DNA of 33,474 nt from Ginkgo biloba (Eukaryota > Plantae > Ginkgophyta), in the NCBI GenBank assembly GCA_024626585.2, contig JANKJI020000004.1:136504001-136537474 (forward strand). The letters run 5' to 3'. The notes below the pieces were generated by a model. The model had not been told where the DNA came from and did not search any database. It was given only the letters and a program-made list of their open reading frames with translations. Within the stretch, counting starts at the first letter, position 1. Every line of letters begins with the position of its first letter. Below are positions 24,172 to 33,474 of this stretch, one piece after another. The position numbers were made by a program, and so were the translations under genes.

Positions 24172-24520
24172 AATATTTAAGATAATAAAACTAATTAGTT
24201 GATTCCATGGCTATAGCTACATCCGTGATTTCACTTCACTTGGGATACCTGACACAAAAATTTCTAGTTAAAGAAAATATTAGATTCTCTACTCTAGATA
24301 AAATTATTAATTGAAAGGCCTTATATGATGATAAAATCCTCCCATTCCTATGAGGATAGGAGGAATTTAAGGATTTAATTATTGATGAGAAGGATTTTTC
24401 AGATAAAAAAATTATAAACTATGAAGTAGCTAAAGAAGGGATTCTCCAAATGAAATGTAATAAAATTATAAAAGGACTCATCTCCTTGGAATATTCATAC
24501 AAAAATAATTACATTTTAAT
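24172..24520 (+). pseudogene. C-terminus of a Tat-type additional RNase H (aRH) and pre-RT linker, degenerate
   Basis: YLR**N*LVDSMAIATS..KFLVKENIRFSTLDKIIN*KALYDDKILPFL*G*EEFKDLIIDE..ILQMKCNKIIKGLISLE resembles IPR..N..ADSLA.AAS..RPSIPDN...WQVF.DD..I..FL...EF..ID..IQLK.N.IPKGLV.LE. I recall this pattern from gymnosperm Tat-type polyproteins; it was not checked by search. Confidence 0.65.
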
Positions 24521-24644
24521 ATGTAGATTCAAAGGGGATTAAAANNNNNNNNNNNNNNNNNNNNNNNNNNNNNNNNNNNNNNNNNNNNNNNNNNNNNNNN
24601 NNNNNNNNNNNNNNNNNNNNNNNNNNNNNNNNNNNNNNNNNNNN

Positions 24645-27600
24645 TTTGGTCCCAAAATATTATTTTAGTGAGGTTATTAGATATTCAATCATAAATGTTG
24701 ATGCCACTAATGAATAAAGAGATGTGGTTATGGGGGAAGGAGGCGCCAAGAAGGATCATACGACTATAGAATAATCATTATTGTAGACGTCAAAGGTCAA
24801 AGAAAAAAGGAAAGAAGACCAAACTATGTGGAGCTCAAATCTAGTTTATGAGGATGGAGCAGGTATGATCTCATTGGTTGTCATGTAGTTTAGGGGGAGT
24901 ATCACTGAGGAGGTAGGAGATTTGATAGAGTCATCAATGTAGGTGGATGAACCTCTTGAAATTATACCAGGTAGATTAGAGATGATTCCACCTAAAGGTG
25001 GTGATCGGTGAAGGAATGATAAACTAATGGTGTCACCAAATTCTCTCCCAAATAAATAAGAAGAGAGTGAGATAATGGGGGATCATACCCCTTCATCTAG
25101 GATGCCTAGGACTAGGATTAGTCTATCATCTATATCTTTGAACATACAGGTGCTTCATTACGATACCTAAATGAAGAAATTTAGCAAGTTGGAGCATACC
25201 CAAAAGGATGTAGCCTGAATGGGTGATGGAGAGATAAAAGGTAAAGAAGACAATTGGGAGATGCTTCTTCTCAGTGGGATGGAGGTTTCAAAAGTTAAGA
25301 AAAGTAATGAAGTGATCAGTTCAAAAAATCTACTGAGTAAGGAGGTGGCTAAGGGAAAAAAAGGGAAGTTGGAGTGGAGGGAACTCTTCTTTCTAGGAAG
25401 ATGCTAAAGGTAAGGTCTCAAAAAATCTATCTTGTTCGTTGTTACCCCACACTTTTTAGAATACAAAGAAACCTAATCTTAGAAAAGACCAGGATAGGAG
25501 AAATCCAAAGGTTCTAGGTTTCAACATAGGTAAATATACTTTGAAAAGGTTGGGAAGACCTTATTTGAATTAGAAGAGAGATTTAGAGGTTAAGTTAGGT
25601 CTTGAGGAAGGCATTCAAGGAAGGATCTCATACAATTTTATAAGATGGAGAGNNNNNNNNNNNNNNNNNNNNNNNNNNNNNNNNNNNNNNNNNNNNNNNN
25701 NNNNNNNNNNNNNNNNNNNNNNNNNNNNNNNNNNNNNNNNNNNNNNNNNNNNNNNNNNNNNNNNNNNNNNNNNNNNNNNNNNNNNNNNNNNNNNNNNNNN
25801 NNNNNNNNNNNNNNNNNNNNNNNNNNNNNNNNNNNNNNNNNNNNNNNNNNNNNNNNNNNNNNNNNNNNNNNNNNNNNNNNNNNNNNNNNNNNNNNNNNNN
25901 NNNNNNNNNNNNNNNNNNNNNNNNNNNNNNNNNNNNNNNNNNNNNNNNNNNNNNNNNNNNNNNNNNNNNNNNNNNNNNNNNNNNNNNNNNNNNNNNNNNN
26001 NNNNNNNNNNNNNNNNNNNNNNNNNNNNNNNNNNNNNNNNNNNNNNNNNNNNNCAGAGATCTTAGGCAAAAAAAGTGGATTAAAGGAGGAGAATTGAATA
26101 TCACTCTTCCTAGAGAGGATACAAAAGGAGGTATATGGACAACCCATCTATAGGTAGAAATTTGTATATCAGGGATGCAGGACCATAGATTGATAGATGT
26201 AAAGTCAAAGGCAGGTTCCTTTACCTGGTCAAATAGAAGAGTTGGTTCTTCCTTTATAGTGGAATGACTGGATACAATTTTAGTAAGCAGTGATTTCATT
26301 TTGATGTTTTAGGGATTTGACTCTAAAATCCTTTTTAGTGGTGCCTTGGATTATAAACCAGTTAGTCTTGATATGTTTCCCTTACTGAATCCAAACAATA
26401 TCCCATTCAAATTTAATTCTCTACTGATTAAGGAAGAAGGTTTTCTTAATAATATCAATAGATGGTGGTAGGAGGGTGAGATATCCTTTGTTTTAGATAT
26501 GATCAAGTTTGCAAAAAAGCTATCCTTTATGAATGAAAAATTAAAGGACTGTGACAAAAGGTTGNNNNNNNNNNNNNNNNNNNNTAAAGAAGAACTAAAC
26601 TTGTCCCTAATCCAGGAAGAGATAGATAGGAAGGGTTTATCTCTAGAGCTAGTGGAGAAGGAAACAACAATAATAAAGGCCTTGGATGACCTATTATAAG
26701 AGGAGGAGGAGGCATGGCATCTCAATTCAAGAATGTCCTGGCTCTCAGTAGGAGATATGAATACCTCCTTTTTTAAAAAAGCTACAATTAAGAGGATTCA
26801 AAGAAATTTTATTAGTAAAATCAAGAAGGTGAATGGAGAGTTGGTTAACTCACTAGATGAACTGAGAGAGGAGGAAGTAAAACTATTTTCATCCCTTATC
26901 TTAGAGGAATAGATGGATAGGTCGATAGCTCAAGAGGAGGTTTTGGAGGTGATTCCAAATTTGATCTTAAAAGGTGACAATGAGGCTCTGATGAGGCCAA
27001 TCTCCTTAGAAGAGATGGAACTCATAATTATAAGAATGAAAGATGATAAATCTCTAGGGCCAAATGAGTTTTATGTAAACATCTTCAAGGTATATTGGAA
27101 TATCATAAAAAATGATTTATTGAAATGTTACAAGGAGTCAAGGATATTAGGCAAGGTTTTGGGTAGGATTAAATCAAATTTTATAGATTTGATTCCTAAA
27201 GAAAATAACCCAACATCCCTTGACAGGTTTAAAACTATTTCCNNNNNNNNNNNNNNNNNNNNNNNNNNNNNNNNNNNNNNNNNNNNTACCTAAACTAATC
27301 TTGGAGCAACAAGGATGTTTTATACAAGGCAAGAAAATAGTTGATTATGTGGTTCTTTCTCAAGAGGCCCTCCATTCAACAAAGATAATGAAGGAAAATA
27401 TGATGCTCATCAAGTTGGATATGGATAAGGACTATGATAGATTGGATAGAAAATTCCTCAGAGTGCTTAACATGTTTGGATTCTATAAGGAGAGGAGGCA
27501 ATAGGTTGAAGGATGCATATCCAACCCATCCTTCTCATTTTTTATCAATAGTTTCCCTACAGGGTTTTTCAAAGGGAGCATAGGCATAAGGTAGGGTTGT

Positions 27601-29140
27601 CCTCTCTCCCTAAGTATTGTGGTAGAAGGATTGGATAGAATCTTGGAAAGAAAGGCGAAGAGAGGATTATTGGTTGGAGTAGAGGTGACTTAAAATTGTA
27701 AACGGATCTCACATGTCCAATTTGTTGATGATACAATATAACTGAGCAAAGCCTCAATAGACAATGCTAAAGCTTTCAAAGAGCCACTCGAGATTTTTCT
27801 ATTGGCATCAAGGGGCCTAATAAATACGGACAAAAGCTTGGTCAATGTGATGAATAGCTCAGGAACATTGCACACCAATATCTGGAGGTTGTTACGATTC
27901 CAACATGGTAGCTTTAAAACCCTGATGAGATATCTTGGAGCGTCATTATCTCCCACGATGTTAAGAGGTAAAGATTGGTTTCCATTAATACAAAAGTTTC
28001 AAAAAATAATAGAAGGTTGGTCTTCAGTTTGGCTAACCTAGGCAGTGAAGGTAACCCTGATTAAATCGATCGTGGCTTCTTTTTTTATTTTTCTCTGCTC
28101 CTTGGCGGCCCCAAAAGGAATCCTAGAAGATTTTGAGAGAATTATGAGGTCCTTTCTGTGGAAGGGTGATAAAGAGAAACAACGACTACATTTGATAAAC
28201 TAGACTACCATATGTAAAGGACAAGAGGGAGGAAGCTTGGGAATCAAAAGGTTGGGGGATGTGGTAAAGGCCCTAGGAGCAAAGCAACCCTGGAGGTTAG
28301 GTACAAGAGGGCAGCGCTCTGGAAGACTATTTTGATAAACAAATATTGTGGAGGAATTTCTAGAGGTTCCCTCCTGAGGGACTCAAATCCTCAAAGTCAA
28401 GGATCAATTCTTTGGAAAAATATCCTCCAAGGCTTGCCTCTGATTCATGACCACATGGTGTGGATTCTAAGAGATGGGAGGACTATCCAAGTGTTTAATG
28501 AAGCTTTTCTTGCCCCGGCGCAGTTTGTAAGGAAGTGGAGATTGGTCATGTGCAAGATTGGTCTTTTAGGAGGGATTTTTGGAGAATGAGGGGCTTCATC
28601 AAACAAGCGTCTATGGAGAGTCTACTAGGCTCACCAAATTGCTTTACCTAGAAGGGAGTGGAGGATTGACCTAATCTCCCGAGGGAACTCAAGAATAGTT
28701 ATCAACATATGTTAGAAAGCCTATAAAGAAGAGAACCTTTTGTCTCAAAGGAGGACAAGATAGCATGGATGGGGGTTCAAGGGTAGGGTTCCTACGCAAT
28801 TAGGGGAGGCTATGAGGTTTTAGCCAGGCAGAGGGGAAATTAGGGATAAGAAGTGATTAAACATATAGGACTCGCCAGGCCTCCCAAAGGTTAACGATTT
28901 TGTCTGGTTGACCCTCCATAATGTTATTCTCACTACAGACAATTTAAAACGAAGGGGAGTCCAAGGCCCTTTGAGATGTGTGTTATATGAATGTCAAGAG
29001 GAAACGGTTAAACATTTGTTCCAGGATTGCAGGTTCAGCAAGGAAGTGTGGAGGGAGGCTCTTTTAGCAATAGACAATCAGCAAGAGGGAGAAATCTAGG
29101 AAGATAATGTATCTGAAGTGTTGGGCAATTGTAATCTCTT
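24645..29140 (+). mobile_element. Decayed L1-clade LINE retrotransposon (probable ORF1 tail plus ORF2)
   Basis: A purine-rich, low-complexity coding-like segment at 24645-25650 (likely ORF1 C-terminus, inferred) precedes collinear endonuclease, RT and zf-RVT motifs. No poly(A) or TSD is visible, and the 3' end is truncated. Confidence 0.85.
26055..29100 (+). pseudogene. LINE-1 ORF2 pseudogene (AP-endonuclease, reverse transcriptase, zf-RVT)
   Basis: EN: WIKGGELN..FTWSNRRVG..E*LDTILVS..LDYKPV..PFKF. Linker: SRMSWLSVGDMNTSFF. RT: KSLGPNEF, DRFKTIS, QQGCFIQGKKIVD, IKLDMDKDYDRLD, GIR*GCPLS, SHVQFVDDT (FVDD 27721-27732), RYLG. Then FLWKGDKEK..HLIN*TTICK..GGSLGI, and zf-RVT WLTLHNVILTTDNLKRRG..GPLRCVLYECQEETVKHLFQDCRFSKEVW. 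Multiple stops and frameshifts. Confidence 0.95.
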
Positions 29141-29159
29141 AGTGAAGGCCCAGGGGCGA

Positions 29160-29263
29160 GCAGAATAGAGGAGCATAAGATTAAATAAGCTAAAGAAACA
29201 ATCAACATTCTAAGAGACAACCTACACACGAGAAGTTATGGGATGAAACAATAAGTCGATTAA
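29160..29263 (+). pseudogene. Short Ty3/gypsy integrase C-terminal fragment
   Basis: EEHKIK*AKETINILRDNLHTRSYGMKQ*VD* resembles the post-catalytic gypsy motif L.LLKDNL..AQNRMKQQADQH. Confidence 0.5.
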
Positions 29264-29347
29264 TCCCAAATAAAATATATGAAATTTCACTGAAATAATA
29301 AGTCGATTAATACCAAATTTTAATGCCTAAATTTTAGTGTTGCATTT

Positions 29348-29675
29348 TCAATCACAACATGGAATTGTGATGGCTCACTCTTCTTCTATCTAGGATCCTC
29401 AAACGATTTGATCTGCAAGTTTGGCTTAATTTTCTTTACTGAAACACATGAGACTAATGACAAACTACTCCCCATCTTCTTAGGGTACTCTTGGCTATCA
29501 ATGTAGAGGAAAGAACTCTACATGTCTCTACAAAGATTACTTAGCTCCCTTTATCCGACTTGAAGGCTCAGATGTTCACGCTAGGTTCTTATGGGTATCC
29601 TTGGCAAGGAACCCCCCTTTTAGGAAACTTTTCTTTGGTGCATGCTACTTTCCTCCAGTCTCATCACCTTATGCC
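29348..29675 (+). pseudogene. N-terminal AP-endonuclease fragment of a second, non-L1 LINE (RTE/RTEX-like)
   Basis: Reads ITTWNCDGS..GLIFFTETHETNDKLLPIFLGYSWLSM*RKE and, after a frameshift, DVHARFLWVSLARNPPFRKLFFGACYFPPVSSPYA. These match the WN..G, .ET and Y.PP motifs of EEP endonucleases. Confidence 0.7.
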
Positions 29676-29775
29676 NNNNNNNNNNNNNNNNNNNNNNNNN
29701 NNNNNNNNNNNNNNNNNNNNNNNNNNNNNNNNNNNNNNNNNNNNNNNNNNNNNNNNNNNNNNNNNNNNNNNNNNN

Positions 29776-30760
29776 AATATGATCTTCTTGTAATTCAACC
29801 CCTTGCAAGCTCCTTTGATACATGTTGTGAGTACATTCCTTTGTCCATCAAAAGTATTGTCTTACATCCATTGATAAATAACCTTATCCTATAGAATTTC
29901 TCAAATGTTTTGAGGCTCATTCTTAGGGAAAATATATTTTTGGAATCCTTCTCCTTTCATAATACTACCATTTCCTTCATTTCAAGTTTTGACCTTTTTA
30001 TTTAATCCTGGGCAATCATTCATTATGTGGTTACCCCCATAATCATAAACCCCCCTTGACCTCTAATCTGGTTCTAGGAAGATTGAGATGATCTTTTAAA
30101 GAAAGGATTATTAATTTTTCTTTGGGATATGTTTATTATGACTCTCCCTTTTCTATATGATATATTTTCTTTTGAATTCATGTTTGAATATCTAGGCAAC
30201 TTCTACTTACAAGGTTGTGTTTTCTTTGTCTTTTAGGTTTTTTATTGGTTTATAGAAACTTTTTGTCTGGAGTGATTTCTCAATCCCCTCAAAGTATTAT
30301 AATTAACATCTCTTAGGTCAATTAGAGAATATAATGAAGAGGTATTTTATNNNNNNNNNNNNNNNNNNNNNNNNNNNNNNNNNNNNNNNNNNNNNNNNNN
30401 NNNNNNNNCCTTATCACATGTTGTAGATGATTTTTAAAGAAGTTGTTTTCTTCTTATTTATTTCTTTCTAATCTCAAATTATATGGTTTTTTAGCTTTTT
30501 GTATGATCTTATATTTTAATTATAGAATCTATCCCTTGATCTTTGACAATCATTTCCCTTAATAATGATAACTTTTCTTATAAAAGATGTAGATTCTTAA
30601 GTAGCATGCTTTTGAGGTTTAGAATACCATTCTACTAGACCAATTCTTGGTTCCACAAATTTCTTTCTCTCATGGTGGACATTTAATTTTCATATGTATT
30701 TTTGTATAGTTTATTAATAGTGTAAATAATATATTTTTGGTACACCTAAGTCTTTCTTAA
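29776..30760 (-). mobile_element. Degenerate Ty3/gypsy gag/zinc-knuckle/aspartic protease relic
   Basis: Minus strand VYDYGGNHIMNDCP (30050-30009) is a decayed CX2CX3-4HX4C knuckle. It is followed by RIRLFINGCKTILLMDKG/CTHN/VSKELARG (~29895-29800), resembling L.DSGATHNF.S. The gag-like EWYS segment at ~30630 is weak. Confidence 0.6.
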
Positions 30761-31509
30761 CCCTATGAGGTCACTTTTATAATAATATTATCATCACCCT
30801 CTATCAATGTGTTAACCCATAAATGGGCCTGCCTTCTCCTTAATATATTATTTATAGGTAACTAAGGGAGCACCATTATAGGGATAAGGTTAGAATTGAA
30901 ATATAAATGATAATCCCAAGTGAAAGGGAAGAGGAGGAATTGCACATGAACATTTTTTATGATAGGAGAAANNNNNNNNNNNNNNNNNNNNNNNNNNNNN
31001 NNNNNNNNNNNNNNNNNNNNNNNNNNNNNNNNNNNNNNNNNNNNNNNNNNNNNNNNNNNNNNNNNNNNNNNAAAATATTTACCAAAATTTTTCAATTTTT
31101 ATGAAAAATCTTACTTGTTCGTCAAATTTAGCATAAATTACTAGCAAAATATTTATTTTATTAGAACATTTGTTGATAATGTATATATTATTTATTTTAT
31201 ATGTTAAAATTATTCACCAATTAATTATACTTACAAAAAATAAGTCAATCCTTAAGATTTTCCATGCTAGTAATGTCTTTTCCGTGCACAGTTAATCCTC
31301 TTCTTGGCAGGCTGTCCAGTTAGGGACACTTCCTGTGACTGTCAACTACCCCAACATCTCTTAATCATATGACTAACTGTGTCATTAGGAGTTAATTATG
31401 TGACATTACATTAATATATATGTGATAATACAAGTCAATTACACTTGGCTACATGAACCTGGATACTTAAACTATCATAACCAGGAAGCATGCAGGCAGG
31501 TCAGCCATT

Positions 31510-33474
31510 TATAGATTTTTGAGGGGAATTTCTCAAGTTTGAGATTCTGAATTTTAGGTGTTGGGAAGGGCACACAGTCAAAATAAATATATTCTAGATT
31601 ATTGAGTCATTTATATTTAATACCAAGGAACATTTTTAGGATTTGATGATTTTGGGGATTTGGGAATTCAAAGTAGGCACACTTGACATTCCTCTTCAAG
31701 AGTTTTGAGGTACTGTAGAATCGAACATGGGAAAAGTATGGTTAANNNNNNNNNNTATTTTGGGGATTAGAGTTTGGGACTTTCACAAAGTGTCTTCACT
31801 AAGTGATCCTTGAAAACCTAAATTTAAATAAAGCATAATTAATTTTATGGATTTTGGTATTCATGAGTTGATGAAGATAGGGTCCTCTTTAAAAAAATTC
31901 CCAAAGCAAATCTTAAAGTTATTGACCCAAGAGTAAATTAAAAAAGGATAAATAAATGAGGTGTCCACTATTCAATAATTTGGGAATTTGGGTTTTTATG
32001 ATTTTATGAAGTTATCATCCTCTTTGAAAGAAATCCTTGAGGTACCATGGACCCAAAATTAGATTAAATACATTTAAATACAAGTCCTAAGTCCCCACTA
32101 AAATACCCTTTCCACAATTCAAAAATATAGATACGAATGAAAACTTACACCCTAGTTAATCAAATATTTATATATAGACTTTGCTGGGATAGTGATCAAG
32201 GTTCAAGACTTTAGGATTTCTAACTCATAAGGTATCAAGGGTGAATTTAGAGTAAGTGAGGACCACAAAAATTCATGTTATGTCAACATGTGTTATTATT
32301 AAATAATGACAGATCTAATCTCATCTATAATCTATGGTCTAGGTATAAGAAGTAAATGTGATGGTCTCATCACACACACCTCAAATCCAAGAGAGGGTAC
32401 TTGCATCTTTCACAAATCTAAGTAATAAATTATGCACCTTATACCAATATAGGATATATGCATGAAATATTATGTGTTGAACATGTATTGGCCAAAAATT
32501 CATCTCCACGTTTACTGAGGAATTTTGAGTGTATGTCTTTAGGGATTTACCATTAGTATGTATGACTACAGTGCATACCTGAGAATTTATGAGGAGGAGG
32601 GTTTGCAAGGGAAAAAGAAAGGATACTTTCTAGAGTAAATATGGAGATTTTAGGACCATCCATGGGGAATTAAGAGGAAATTATAGAAGTGGCCATGACC
32701 ATTATGAAGGAGTTTGAAGAGATACACTAGGGTCACCAATGACTAAAAGGATAAAAGGCATGAACAAAGTAGAGTGGTGGAAGGGGGACTTTTCTTCTTT
32801 ATATTTTCTACCTATAGACTTTATCTTTGGCCTTATCTTCTGTCTTTTTTTCCCCTTAATTTTTCTAATTGTGTGGTTGTTATATTTGTATAATGACATC
32901 TAAAGGCAATTTGTCTAGGGAAGATTGATGACTAGAGAGCTTCATTGAAGGAAAACTTCTAACTTGGATTATGACCCATAAAAGTCTGCATATATTTTGT
33001 ATTGAAATAATATTCCTTCAAGGAGATACTAGTAGTAAACACTATGCAATTTATCTGGAGAGTTTTGGCTTCCTCCTTATAATCCTAATATTATGTAAGT
33101 ATTAGCATTTTTAATGCAAGTAGAACTTTGGACATACCTCTCATTTTAAAATTAGTGTTTTAATATGATTTAGGGTGTTAACTAGTTGATGCATTCACTA
33201 TTAATGTTTTGTAAGATTTTATATTTCAACTATAATCTTTCATTTTTCATTTGGTGTTGACAAGTGAGAGTGATAAAGTTTGAGATGAGCTATTGGGTGA
33301 TTGAGAAATTCATCTTGCTTGGTCGCAATTTACTAGTTGATGGACAAAATCATGCCCCTACCCTTGTCCTAAGAAGTTATGATCTATCCCAAACTCATTA
33401 TTCTCTCCCTCATACTATAATATCTTTCCAATTGAAGTTGGATTAGATGGCTCTCATCGTTGTATTGACTTAAG
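31510..33474 (+). repeat. Longest contiguous family T LTR-like copy (runs off the window end)
   Basis: 31900-32790 is the reverse complement of a diverged copy of 8830-9750. It continues without a break into 32800-33474, which matches copies A and B, linking the two repeat types into one unit. The left boundary is approximate. Confidence 0.85.

Noticed and set aside
30790-30830. LTR end plus PBS for the minus-strand gag relic (GGTTAACA-CAT-TGATAGAGGG)
   Set aside because: The position is plausible, but the sequence cannot be matched convincingly to a tRNA 3' end.

Overview
Very AT-rich eukaryotic DNA, most likely a land plant; several motifs point to a gymnosperm-type genome (inference). I find no intact protein-coding gene, RNA gene or CRISPR array. 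Most supplied ORFs are N-run artefacts or chance frames. The window is a retrotransposon graveyard made of 14 short scaffolds joined by thirteen exactly-100-N spacers, so adjacency across those spacers is unreliable. Hand translation through stops and frameshifts reveals several relics: (1) a Ty3/gypsy gag-protease relic (- strand, ~480-1790); (2) Ty3/gypsy RT (+, ~5230-5907) and RNase H/integrase (+, ~11885-12641) relics; (3) many diverged pieces of one Ty3/gypsy family with a long LTR-like region, gag and a Tat-type additional-RNase-H remnant (6008-11866 on -, and 12811-13841, 19800-24544 and 31510-33474 on +); (4) a decayed L1-clade LINE (+, ~24645-29140); (5) a short gypsy integrase tail and a second, different LINE endonuclease (29160-29675); (6) another gypsy gag/zinc-knuckle/protease relic (-, 29776-30760). 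All relics show heavy C>T/G>A decay, apparently including CHH contexts. I could not support a novel functional system. The most interesting signals are the reconstructable Tat-like family, the deamination signature and the non-L1 LINE endonuclease.
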